From Centroscyllium fabricii (taxonomy: Eukaryota), in assembly GCA_051313645.2 (NCBI GenBank), contig JBNRSN020000008.1, positions 10,230,001-10,294,000 on the forward strand: a stretch of DNA of 64,000 nt. Direction: 5' to 3'. A program made the translations under genes and the position numbers. The notes under the pieces were generated by a model. That model had not been told where the DNA came from, made no database searches, and saw only the letters and a program-made list of their open reading frames with translations. Shown here piece after piece: positions 37,276 through 49,877 of this stretch (positions are counted from its first letter, which is position 1; each line of letters begins with the position of its first letter).

Positions 37276-39644
37276 TTAATTATGTACACAAGTGGTAAAT
37301 ACATGTACGTTGATGACAGCCGGCTCTACCTCACCGCCACTTCTCTTGACACCTCCAGTCTTCAAATTGCTAGACTGCTTGCCCGACATCCAGTTCTGAT
37401 GCAGTAGAAATTTGCTCCAATTAAATATTGGGAAGATGAAAGCTATTGTTTTCAGTCCCTGCCACAAACTCCATCCCTAACATCTGTCTGAGGCTGATCC
37501 ACACTGTTCGCAACCTTGGTATCATTTGACCCCAAAATGAGCTTCTGACCACATGTGCGCAGCACAAGACTGCCCATTTCCACCTCCGTATCATCGCCCG
37601 TCTCTGCCCTCGCCTCAGCTTATCTGCTGCTGAAACCCTCATCCATGCCTTGGTTACCTCTAGATTTAACTTTCATTGATTCAACTTTCATTGAACTCCT
37701 AGCTGGCTTCCCACCTTCTACATCAACTGGAGCTCCTCCAAAGCTCTGCAGCCCTATGTCCTAACTCGCACCAAGTCCCATTCACCCATCACCCGTGCTT
37801 GCTAAATTTAAGCTTATTGCAGTACTGAGTGAGTGTTCCCTGGTATTTATCTCAGTCAAAGATGATCCTGTATGATGGCAAAATACTGCAGATGCTAACA
37901 CTGCAGATGCTGGAAATCCGATAACAGAAAATGCTGGCGAAACTCAGCAAGCCAGGCAGCATCGGAGGAGAGAGAAAGGGTCCGAACCCAAAACGTCGAC
38001 TATTTCTCTCCACCGATGCTGCCTGGCCTGCTGAGTTTCTCCAGCATTTTCTGTTATGTCAAAGATTATCACATGCTGTTTGTGGCGGTTTCCCTGCCCA
38101 GATTGGCCGCCACATTTCCTACATTTAACAGATGAAATTTAACGCAGAAAAGTGCAGCGTTTTGGCAGGCAGAACAAAAAGATGCAATAAAGGGTACAAT
38201 CCTAAAGGGGATGACGAGACCTGGGGGTATATGCGCACAAATCATAAAGGTAGCAGGGCCGGTTGAGGAAACAGTTAAAAAGCCACAGGATCCTGGGCTT
38301 CAGTGGCAGAGAGTACAAAAGCAAGGAGGGTATGAACTTTAATAAAATACTGGTTTGGCCTCAACTGGAATATTGGGTCCAAATCTGGGCACCACATTTC
38401 AAGAAGGATGTAAAAGCCTCAAGAAGGTGCAGAAAAATTTTACAAGAATTGTTCCAGGGATGAGTGACTCCATGGATAGACGAGAAGCTGTGGTTGTTCT
38501 TACAGTAGAGAAAGAGATTTGATAGGTGTTCAAAATCATAAAGGGATCTAGACAGTATAGATAGAAACTGTTCCTATTGGTGGAAGGGTCAAGAATCAGG
38601 ACACAAGGTGATTGACAGAAGAACCAAAGGCAACATGGTGAAAAGCTCATCTTTACACAATGAGTGGTTTGGTTAGGTTCTGGAATGCACTGCCTGAAAG
38701 GGTGTGGTGGGGGGGGTGGGCTGGCAGGAGACTCAATCATGGCTTTCAAAAGGGAATTGGACAAGAACCTGAAGGAAAAAATTTGCAGGTCGACAGAAAG
38801 GGCAGTGGGGGGAACATCACAAACAGATGATCTGGTCATCATCACATTGCTGTTTGTGGGAGCTTGCTGTGCACAAATTGGCTGCTGCATTTGCTACATT
38901 ACAACAGTGACTACAGTTCGACCAAAGCACTTGACAGCAAGAGGTGCTACAAAAATGAAAGTCTGGAGACAATTTGTTGGGAGTGTTTTCTTCTTGCACA
39001 AGTTGTCTCAAGTTAAAACAGCAACATTTTGTGGGGAAAAAAAAATCAAAAATAATTGAAAGGTGAGCAGACCCGACAACGTGCATTCATGTGGCTCCTT
39101 CAACAAGAGGCATTTCACAGGCACATTAACAAAATTCAACACTGGGCTATAAAGAATTAGGACAGGAGACTAACAGAAACAGATAGGAGCAGGAGTCGGC
39201 CATTCAGCCCATCGAGCCTGCTGGCCCTTCGAGCCTGCTCCTCCATTCAATGAGATCATGGCTGATCATCCAAATTCAGTACCTGGTCCCTACCCTCCCC
39301 ATATCTCCCGACACCCCCAACTCGAAGAACTATATCTCACCCACATACTCATGGGCAATTTTTACTCATGGGCAATTTAGTATCTCCAATTCACCTAACC
39401 TGCATGTCTTTGGGTGGTGGGAGGAAACCAGAGTACCCGGAGGAAACCCACACGAACACGGGGAGAACATGCAAACTCCACACAGAGAGGTCCCGGGCCC
39501 AAGCAGGATTCAAACCCAGGAGTGTTCAAAAGCTTGGTCAAAGAGATGGGTTAAAGAGAAAGAGGCGCAGAGGGATGAAATTCCACAGCTTAGCCAGCTG
39601 AAGACAGCCGCTAATGGTGGAGCCATTAAAATTAGGGATGTGCT

Positions 39645-39927
39645 TGTGGTAAACCACTCTGTATATATCTGTATATTTCTGTAACCTACTGTAACCACCC
39701 TTAAACCATGTTGTATTATAGTTCTGTGGGTGAGATCACCTGGACATGCCTATGCTGGCCCCGCCTGTGACTCCTCCCTCCCAGGACCAGGTACATAAGC
39801 GGCTGTCTCCCTCTCCCCGGCCATTCCTGGGGACGGTCGACTAGCTGGTGCATGTCCACCTTTAGTTAATAAAAGCCTATAGTTTTCACCTCTTAACTCG
39901 TCTCCGAGGTCGTTAATTCAGTAACCA
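39645..39927 (+). mobile_element. Gypsy-family solo LTR
   Basis: tgtggtaaacc start, actcctccc and taataaaagcc motifs shared with the 4042/8588 LTRs. Confidence 0.7.
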
Positions 39928-40019
39928 TGCACAAGGCCAGAATTGGAGGAGTGCAGGGATCTCAACCAACTCGTTAAGTCACCACAATACAATAGTTCAA
40001 AGTGTATCAAAATTCATTT

Positions 40020-40025
40020 TTTATT
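40020..40025 (-). terminator. Putative poly(A) signal of the H2B-variant gene
   Basis: AATAAA on minus about 70 nt after the stop; no histone stem-loop seen. Confidence 0.6.
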
Positions 40026-40093
40026 GAAAAAATAAAATACTTTCTGCAGTGTTGCATCAACATGGTAGAATTCACATTGGCAGGGAGGGGAGA

Positions 40094-40282
40094 TTATTTA
40101 GCAGCAGCTTTGGCACAGCCTTTAGGGAGTACGCGACGCAGAGCGCTCCGAACTTCTTGGCTGGTGATGGTGGTGCGTCTCTTGTAGAGGGACAATCTGG
40201 CGGCCTCAGCAGCTATCTGGTCAAATAGACAGGAGGAGTTCATCTGCACAAACCCCATGGAGCTCCCATGCTCTGGATGCAC
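40094..40282 (-). CDS. Histone H2B variant, coding exon 2
   Basis: gtttacag acceptor; VHPEHGSSMGFVQMNSSCLFDQIAAEAARLSLYKRRTTITSQEVRSALRRVLPKGCAKAAAK* aligns to H2B L1-alpha2-alpha3-alphaC. Confidence 0.85.
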   Translation of the reverse strand: MHPEHGSSMGFVQMNSSCLFDQIAAEAARLSLYKRRTTITSQEVRSALRRVLPKGCAKAAAK

Positions 40283-40336
40283 CTGTAAACCAGATCATAT
40301 GGAGTCTGTTAAAGAATGTAATATGTGAACAAATCA

Positions 40337-42845
40337 CGAAGATTAGTGAAAATAATAAAGTAACAATACTAGGGGACTTTAATTTCCCCAATATCAACTG
40401 GGAGAATCAAAGTGTGAGGGGCACGGATGGTTCAGCATTCTTACAATGCAGCCAAGATAATTTTTTGAAACAATATGTGGGGTCACCTACAAGGGGGGGG
40501 GCGGTACTAGACCTAATACTTGGGAACGAGGACGGGCAGATAGAGGAGGTAACAGTGGGGGAGCACTTCGGGGATAGCGACCACAATTCAGTTAGTTTCA
40601 AAATTGTAATGGAGAAAGATAAAAATGGACCAGGGGTAAAAATACTAAACTGGGGGAAGGCGGATTTCAATAAAATTAGGAACGATGTAACCGCAGTAGA
40701 TTGGGGCCATCTCCTCAGAGGAAGATCTGCATCAGAGCAGTGGGAGGCCTTCAGAGGGGAAGTCGGGAAGATACAGGAGGAACATGTTCCTGCAAAAATT
40801 AAGGGTGGGGGAGACAAACAAAGGGAACCTTGGATGTCTAGAGATATATGTAAATTAATGAAGAAAAAAAGGGGGGCTTTTAATGAATATAAACGGCTAA
40901 AAACTGAGGAGGCACTAGGGGAGTATAAGAAATATAGGGGGGATTTAAAGAAGGAGATAAGAAAAGCCAAGAGAGGTCATGAGATTACAATGGCCGGTAA
41001 AATCAAGGATAACCCTAAGGCATTTTATAGTTATATAAAAAACAAAAGGATCACGAGGGAAAGGGTGGGGCCCATTAAAGACGATAGCGGAAAGCTGTGC
41101 GTCGAGCCTGAGGAGGTGGGGGAGGTACTAAATGAATTCTTCTCTTCAGTATTCACAAGAGAGAGGGACGATACCGACATCGAAATCGGACAGAATGTAG
41201 GGGGGGTAATTGAGGATATTACCATTACAAGGGAAGAAGTTCTAGAAATCTTGGGAGGCTTAAAGGTGGACAAATCACCAGGGCCGGACGCAATGTTCCC
41301 CAGGCTGCTGTTCGAGGCCAGGGAGGAGCTTGCGGGCCCCCTGTCCCAAATCTTCAGGACCTCTCTCACGTCAGGGGATGTGCCTGAGGACTGGAGAACG
41401 GCTAATGTAGTACCCTTGTTTAAAAAGGGTAGTAGGGACAAACCAGGCAACTACAGGCCAATCAGTCTTACATCTGTAGTGGGGAAAGTAATGGAAAAAA
41501 TTCTGAGGGAAAAAATCAGTTCGCATTTGGACAACCAAGGTCTAATAAGAGACAGTCAGCATGGCTTCGTCAAAGGTAAGTCGTGCCTGACCAATCTGTT
41601 GGAATTCTTTGAGGAAGTAACAAAGAGGGTGGATGAAGGGAGTACTGTGGACGTAGTGTATATGGACTTTAGCAAAGCTTTTGATAAAGTCCCACATAGG
41701 AGACTAATAACAAAGGTTAGAGCGCACGGGATACAGGGTAACTTGGCACAGTGGATCGAAAATTGGCTGGGGGATAGGAGACAAAGGGTAATGGTAGAGG
41801 GCTGCTTCTGTGACTGGAAACCAGTAACCAGTGGCGTCCCCCAAGGATCGGTTTTGGGACCCTTACTGTTTCTAGTATACATCAACGATTTGGATATGGG
41901 AGTAGGGGGTACGATCAGCAAATTCGCTGATGATACGAAAATCGGAAGGGTGGTAAACAACGATGAGGATAGCAAGGGGCTTCAGGAGGATATAGATATA
42001 ATGGTTAATTGGGCAGAAAAATGGCAAATGGAGTTCAACCCAGAGAAATGCGAGGTCATTCAATTCGGTAGACCAAATGGGGTAAGGGAATATACCATGA
42101 ACAACAAAACGTTAAATAGGACCGAGGAGCAGAGGGACCTGGGGGTACAGGTGCACAGCTCCCTGAAGGTTGCTGGACACGTTAACAAGGTGGTTAAGAA
42201 GGCATACGGAATTCTCGCCTTTATTAACCAGGGCATAGTATACAAAAGTAGGGAGGTAATGTTAAACCTGTATAACACACTGGTGAGACCTCAGCTGGAG
42301 TACTGTGTGCAGTTCTGGTCACCGCACTACAGGAAGGATGTGGCTGCCCTGGAGAGGGTGCAGAGAAGGTTTACCAGGATGATACCTGGTCTGGCGGACC
42401 TATGCTACGAGGAAAGGCTGGGGTTGTTTGCCTTGGAGAAAAGAAGGTGGAGGGGTGACATGATTGAGGTGTACAAGATCATGAGGGGACACGATAGGGT
42501 AGACAAAGGGGCATTGTTTCCCCTGGTGGGAGAGTCAAGCACTAGGGGACATAGATTCAAGATCAGGGGGGGGAGGTTTAGGGGGGAGGTAAGGAGAAAT
42601 TTCTTTACCCAGAGGGTGGTGGAAGACTGGAACTCCCTGCCTGTGAGGGTGGTGGAGGCAGGAACCATCACAACATTTAAAAAATACTTGGACCAGCACA
42701 TGAAGGACCATAACATACAGGGTTATGGGCCAGGTGCGGGCAACTGGGGTTAGAACAGTGAGGAGTTTTTCTGGGCCGGTGCGGACTGGATGGGCCGAAT
42801 GGCCCTTATCCGCACTGTAAAATTTCTATGATTCTATGATTCTAT
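40337..42845 (+). mobile_element. Young 5'-truncated CR1 LINE with open ORF2 (endonuclease end + RT) in the H2B-variant intron
   Basis: 779-aa ORF 40414-42753 with NYRPISL, QHGF, DFSKAFD, GVPQGSVLGP, FADD; tail (attctatg)n. Confidence 0.95.
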
Positions 42846-42937
42846 GTGTGTAGAACAAAAAGGACAGACAGGATGAGTTGGGAGTCAATGTGCTTGCTTT
42901 ACTAGGCCAGAGCAAACTGAGCATGCTCATACAAAAC

Positions 42938-43143
42938 TTGATGTGGAGGTGCCGGTGTTGGACTGGGGTGGACAAATGCAAGAAGTCACAACACCAGGTT
43001 ATAGTCCAACAGCTTGATTTTAAATCACAAGCTTTCGGAGCGCTGCTCCTTCCTCAGGTGACGAAGGAGCAGCGCTCCAAAAGCTTGTGATTTAAAATAA
43101 AACTGTTGGACTATAATCTGGTGTTGTGTGACTTCTTGCATTC
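42938..43143. mobile_element. Penelope-derived palindromic remnant
   Basis: Same family; hairpin centred at about 43058. Confidence 0.7.
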
Positions 43144-44097
43144 ATACTAAACTGATATTACACTCCGATGAAGGGTCCTAGACCTGAAATGTTAACTCTT
43201 GCCATGGATGCTGCCTGGCCTGCCGAGTGCCAACATTTTCTGTTATTTTATGATATTACACTGTTTACTCTTCCCTTGCCGCCCCCCCCCCCCACCCCAC
43301 CCCCCCACCCCAACCATACATATTCCCCCTCAAATTACAACAAAACTTTGCAATTCCAGCATTATTTGTACCACAAAAGCCACTTCCCCCCCCCCTCCTT
43401 TTAAATGAACTACTACAAACCCAGTTTAATAACAGGTTTGCAGAGCCTTGAAGGTTTTGGTGTTGAACCATTTTTCAGGCTGTTTTGGTTCCAAACAAGG
43501 CAATACTGTTGCCATCTCAGACTTGTTTGAGCCTGGTACTTCAGTTTCTGAAGTCTGAATGAGTCACTCATGTGTTCATAATTAAGTGGTTGAAGATCAT
43601 GTCTTGGTTCATGTCTAGCAGAGATCATTTGATCTGCACAAACACGTTGGATGCGTCACCAATTTCAACCAAATTGTTCCACCAACCTCTACTATGGTTC
43701 TTGCATCCCATCCTAGTCATCAAAATGCAGTGTATGTGGGTAGAACAAATGAAGGACAGACATGTGCTTGCTTTACTAGGCTAGAGCAAATGGAGCATGC
43801 TCATTAAACCATTAGAAAGAGGGAGTCAGATAGCAAGTGGCCAGGGTAACAGGTGGAGATCCTCCAGTGGGTTAGGTCCACACTGGTGAAATGCAATGGC
43901 TTTCTTGGTCCACCAGTTCCAAAACTGGGCTCTGCACAAGTTGATTTAATTTGCTGTCATTTTAATTCTCTGCTCCTACACCAGTTCTAATGAAGTTCAA
44001 TAAGCAGCAGCTCATCTTGGATCAGGCGCTTTACAGCCTTCCAGAAGCAGAGTTCAACAATTTCAGATCAGAACCACAGATCAGAACCACATGGTCA

Positions 44098-44510
44098 GCA
44101 GTGGCTCAGTGGGCAGCACTCACCCAAGTCAGCAGGTTGTGGGCTCAAATCCCACTCGAGACTTGCGCACAAAAAAAAAAAAAATCCAGGCCGACACCCC
44201 AAGTGAAGTACTGAAGGAGTGTTGCACAGAGGTGCGGTCCTTTGGTTGAGACATTAAACAGAGGCCACACCTGCTCAGATATGCCTCTATTCAGAGCAGG
44301 GGGTGTTCTCCTTGGTGTCCTGGGCCAATATTTATCCCTCAACCAACATCACTAAAACAAATTCTAGTCATCTTGTTTGTGGGAGCTTGCTGTGTGCAAA
44401 TTGGCTGCTGCTTTGTTTCCTACATTACAACAGTGACTACACTTCAAAAAAAGTACTTTCATTGGCTGTAAGGAGATGTCTGTTGGTCATGAAAGGTGCT
44501 GTAGAAAGGA
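44098..44510 (+). mobile_element. Deu-domain SINE (degenerate)
   Basis: gtggctcagtgggcagcactc head and family tail. Confidence 0.6.
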
Positions 44511-45130
44511 GTCTCACTACTCCATGTAATACTGTCCACTAAACTTGACAACCAAATGTACTAACAAGCTTGGAGGGCAAGAAACTGCTTGGCTAAAACA
44601 TTTGTAAAATAAAAGTGATTTGCTTTTTTTTTTAGGGAAAAACAGACAAGACCAAATTCTGAGAACCACGAGTCAAAAACCTACAGATGTGAAAACAACC
44701 CCAACCCTTGAATGTCTGACCTTGGTTAATCTCTGACCCCCGAATGTCTGACCTTGGTTAATGAAGCATCAAAAACAGTTAGAAAGCGAGAGAGAGGAAA
44801 ACATTAATCACAGTTTGGGACACAAATGCTTTGGGCAAGTTGCCAAGTTTTGGAGTACAAGGGATGTTGTAGACAACACTTGTGGCTGCAGTAGTTGGCA
44901 ACCTGATCAGTTGCCAGTCATACATCTGGTCATTGCTGACTTGACCTCACTGGTTAGTACATATGTGGTGGCTTATGATCACTTGAGCTTAAAGTAAATG
45001 ATTTGAGATTAGTGTGTGTTTGCAATAAGTAAATGAAGTGAGTACAATTTGTATTACTTGTAATCTCTTGCTGATTTTAAGTAAAGAATGGTTTATCCTG
45101 AAATTTGTCTGGAGTTGTCTGTTCCACAAA

Positions 45131-45367
45131 TGTGGTAATCATGTATAACCACTGTACATAGTCGCCGGTCTACCTGTACAATATTGTAGGCCAGGTCAGC
45201 CACACCCCTAACTCCTCCCCTCAGGTCAGAGTATATAGGCGAGTGCTGACCTGCCCCCGCTCATTCTTCACCTTGACCTCACCAGGAGACCAGCTCCATT
45301 CTTAGTTAATAAAAGCCTGTAGTTTAGTTAACTACTCGTCTTTGAGAGATTAATTGACGATACGTCA
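45131..45367 (+). mobile_element. Gypsy-family solo LTR
   Basis: tgtggtaatc...attgacgatacgtca, similar to 8588-8867. Confidence 0.75.
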
Positions 45368-46136
45368 ACAGGTCTGAATTCTAAACTGTCAGACAATCAG
45401 AATGTCAGTTTTTGGTAGACAGCGGGTGCTGGTAATTATTCTGCTGTTGCCATTTACAGCTCCTCTAGATCCATCTTGGTTTCTTCACTTGTCCCATCAC
45501 TGCCCCCCTTTCACCACCGTCCCTAGTCAATTCAATTCAAATAGCTTTATTGGCATGAATGGTATCAACCTTTGTTGCCAAAGCATTGTAACATACATAA
45601 AAATTACATTAGTAGAGCATTGTAACATACATATAAATAATACATTAGTAGACTTAATAACAGTACTAACGGTCATTGAATCTCCTTGCCTGCCACCCTT
45701 TCCCCAGTTCTGATTAAAAAGGTAAATCAACCCAGTTCTGATCAAAAGGTAAATCAACCCAACAGATGCTGCCTGCCCTGCTGAGTATTTCCAGCATTTT
45801 CTATTTTTATTTAATCTGATCTAATTATTGGGCATTTAAAATTCATTCATGGTATGTGGGCATCACAGGCATTTTTCCTATTTGCCCAAAGAAGGTGGTG
45901 GTGAGCCGCCTTCCTGAACCGCTGCAGTCCGTGTGGGGAAGGTGCTCCCACAGTGCTGTTAGGGAGGGAGTTCCAGGATTTCGACCCAGTTCCAGGACTT
46001 CGACCCAGCGATATTTCAAAACCTTGTCCTTCCAGGCGGTCAAGGTTGCAGGTGGTGGAACTCAAGTACAAGGAGTACGGAGGCAAAAATAGCATGGGTG
46101 CATTCAAGGGAAAGCTAGATAAATACACAAACCAAA

Positions 46137-47895
46137 GGCCCAGAAATTCAGGTCCCAACACGCAAGTACACGCTGGGTACTCATAGGCCCAAAAAGTGCT
46201 GGTTTAGAGAGAGCACGGGAAACCAGAACTTCTGTTCCCCTGAAAGAAGGGGAAAAACAGAGGTGGAACGTGTGCGCAGGAGAGACAGCGCGTGCGCATG
46301 GAAGGTTTTTTCCATGTGGGCAAGTCTCTTGGAGATACACATGTAAAAAGCAGGCAGGTGGAAGGCCTGCTTTTAACAAGGCAAGTGGTGAATTAATTAA
46401 AAAATCCCCCCCCCCCCCCTCAGGTTTATTATTTTTAAATACTTTAAAGAAAGGCAAGTTTATTTTTGCCCCATTAGAAAATGTAATTTTTCCAAAAATT
46501 AAAATTGTTTAAAATAGTAATTTCATGTAATTTATGATGTGGAGGTGCCGGTGTTGGACTGGGGTAGACAAATGCAAGAAGTCACAACACCAGGTTATAG
46601 TCCAACAGTTTTATTTTAAATCACAAGCTTTCGGAGTGCTGCTCCTTCCTCAGGTGAAGTGTCGAGATTTATTTAAACATACATACATATATACACATTT
46701 ATTGAGAGAGAACAATGTGGTCTCTCCAACTGTTCACATCACACCTCAGCTGAGGGACATCAAAGGTGTTCCAACATATCAGTCAGCCTGAGATCAAAGG
46801 GTGCAGTCACAAAGGGTCAAATGTCAGTCTGCTGTCTGTGAAAATCCCAGATTTAAAAAAAAAAAAAAAAGGATTTTCCTTACTGAAAATCGCAGAACAA
46901 GCCAAAGACGATTCAAGTCTGGATGACTAAGTCAGGCAGGGTCACATGTAGCGCGACATAAATCCAATATCAGTGGAGGCCGTGCTCATGGGTGCGGAAC
47001 TTGGCTATCAGCCTCTGCTCGACGATTTTGCATTGTCGTGTGTCTCGAAGGCCACCTTAGAGAATGCTTACCCGAAGATCGGAGGCTGAATGTCCTTGAC
47101 TGCTGAAGTGTTCCGACTGGGAGGGAACACTCCTGCCTGGTGATTGTTGCACAGTGTCCGTTCATCCGTTGTCGTAGTGTCTGCATGGTCTCGCCGATGT
47201 ACCATGCCCCGGGGCATCCTTTCCTGGTCATCCAGAGTTGAATCATCTTTGGCTTGTTCTGTGATTTTCAGTAAGGAAAATCTTTTTTTTTTTTTTTTTT
47301 TTTATATAAAGTCATTCTGTGGGATTTTCACAGACAACAGACTAACATTTGACCCTTTGTGACTGCACCCTTTGATCTCAGGCTGACTGATATGTTGGAA
47401 CACCTTTGATGTCCCTCAGCTGAGGTGTGATGTGAAACAGTTGGAGACCACATTGTTCTCTCTATATAGATATTGTTCTCTCGCTCTCTATATGCTATGT
47501 TTAAATGAATCTCGTCACTTCGCCTGAGGAAGGAGCAGCGCTCCAAAAGCTTGACTCCAAATAAAACTGTTGGACTATAACTGTAATTTAATTTTTAAAA
47601 TGTGATTTTTAAAAATTTGAAGTTTTAGTTATGTTTTGGGGCTTATAATAATTATAGTTTTGACAGCTCTTCCTGTCAATTTTATGAATGGGCAATTATC
47701 TGCCTGCTACCATTGACTCCAGGGCCCACTTCGAACCAACTTCACCGCTGGGATACACAAGCACTGCACGCCAGCGGTTAGAGGCCCAGGATCAGAATCC
47801 CACGCGGGCCCCACAGCACAATGGCTGGCGCACTAGGTAAGTGTGGGTCGGAGGCTTGCACCGGCGGGAAGCCCCCGACCTGAATTTCTGGGCCA
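46137..47895. mobile_element. MITE (Harbinger-like) carrying a nested Penelope fragment
   Basis: TIRs ggcccagaaattcaggtc / gacctgaatttctgggcc. Confidence 0.65.
46534..47583 (-). mobile_element. Penelope-like element fragment with inverted pLTRs and a GIY-YIG endonuclease remnant
   Basis: Inverted arms of about 350 bp (46585-46930 and 47226-47583) flanking GCPGAWYIGETMQTLRQRMNGH. Confidence 0.8.
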
Positions 47896-48579
47896 TTATT
47901 CCCACAGCAAAGAGGGAGGAATACAAGTCAACATGACAAAGATGCAAGTTCAAGCAAGTTGGGGCCAAGGTAACAAACTAAAAAAGGACTATCGTAAACA
48001 TTTAAACTGTTAAAAACTAGAGGCCAAACTGACAAGTTAGTGGCTAGATGTAGTATTTGTTGCCATGTTATACAACACAAACAGGCCATTTGGCCCAAGC
48101 TGGCATTTATGCTCTACATCACCAAATCTGTCAATTCCTTGCTCAGGTTTATCTAACTTCTCCTTAAATGCATCTGTGCTATTCGCTTCAACCACTCCGT
48201 GGTAGGAAGTCTCAAAAATCATGGCAATTGGCAGAAGATCCAAAGGAGACGCAAGGAAACACTTTAGGGGTAAGCCATTTAGGACAGACGAGAATTTCTT
48301 CACCCAGTGTGGTGAACCGGTGGAATTCTACCACAGAAGGCCGTGGAGGCCAATTCATTAAATATATTCAAGAAGGAGTTGGATATATTTCTTAAGGCTA
48401 AAGGGATCAAGGGATATGGGGAGAAGGCACGGACAGGGTGTGGTAAACCACCATATTGTATAGTGTCTCCCTCTCATGTCCCCTCCTTGTAATTACTGTG
48501 TCTGTATGTATAGTTGTGACTCCTTGTCTTGTCTGGGAGGACTCAGCTTCCTCTCCAGGCTCCGCCTACAACTTGGGTA

Positions 48580-49153
48580 CAGGTTGTGCACCATTAATCC
48601 GCCACGGGCGGGACCAGGCCAGTGCCGGGAAACAGAAAAAAAACAGGAGAACGAGGTTGGACACTGGCCACGCGCACCTGCACCAGCACCCTTCAAAATG
48701 GCCACGCGCACCATTCAAAATGGCCACGCGCACCATTCAAAATGGCCACGCGCATGCGCACAACATTGGGATTGGCTGGCACGCACATGCGCAGATCGGG
48801 CCCGGGTCCGCCTTCCCTCCATCGCCTTTCGGGTTGCTGCTACCGCCGAGCCGGACTCAAGCTGACAGCTGTTGCCTAGTGACTGTCCACCTCAGTCACG
48901 GGGCTCAGCTGTCGAGAAAATAACCGGCGGCCGTATTGAATTATCTGCGCATGCGCTAACCGTCCGGCGACGCATGCGCAGATCATTCAAAACACCAGGC
49001 AGCTGTTTTGAATGATCTGCGCATGCGCAGATCATTCGCTGAAGCCACGATGGCGGTGGCCATCTTGCGCATGCGCAGTGCAGTCGGGGCAATTTGTGCC
49101 AGCAGACTGAAGCTGCCGGCTATTCGAGACACGGATTTTCAGTGCACAACCTG
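48580..49153. mobile_element. Tc1/mariner-pogo-like MITE inserted in a Gypsy-type LTR fragment (starting about 48439)
   Basis: TA-caggttgtgcac ... gtgcacaacctg-TA; same family as 20877-21552. Confidence 0.75.
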
Positions 49154-49877
49154 TATAAATGTGCTTGCACAAACATTGGTATTAACATGGGGGCTGTGGG
49201 AGGAGGAGCGGGGGTTCCTAGCTGCAATGTATGGAGTGCAAGATATACAATTCTGTTTAGAGCAGCTTTCTACCAACAAGAACTATTCGAGGTACAACAC
49301 AAATTAAGAGCACCATCAAGTCAAACCCACAAATCTCATTCTTCACCCCCCTCCCCTTAAATCCTACAGAGACAAAGAAAACTTCCCATAAGAAATGTGT
49401 AGGGGTGAGCTATACAGCCCTAGCACATCAAACCAATTGCACTCACCAATTCTCTTTAATCAGATGGAGGGGTTAGTTTACAAGGGGAGCCAGATTCCCC
49501 AGTGAAAGACAATTCATGGGCCAGTTGAATTGACAATTCTCAAGACTGTTCAACTACTCTGCACAATTGGAGATTGCAAAAACTTCACGGTTTAGGAACC
49601 AGGGGGGATGTCCCTCAGAATGGAGAAAGGCAAAACTATAAAAATAATTCTGTTTATTGTTGAATAAAGCACTACACCATTTTTGTAGAAGGAGGTTAAC
49701 CTTTTTCAAAACTCCATCTCCAACTCTTGTAGGATAGAAGGAGCATTCAATTGTTGGACCAGAAGAGGGTTAACTTTACATCTAGACCTTACCCACTAGT
49801 AGGTGCTACTATCCCACCCCAATTGAGTGAGTGAACAATCCCTGTGTCAAAGCACAACCCCAGACAGAGTCCTGTAC

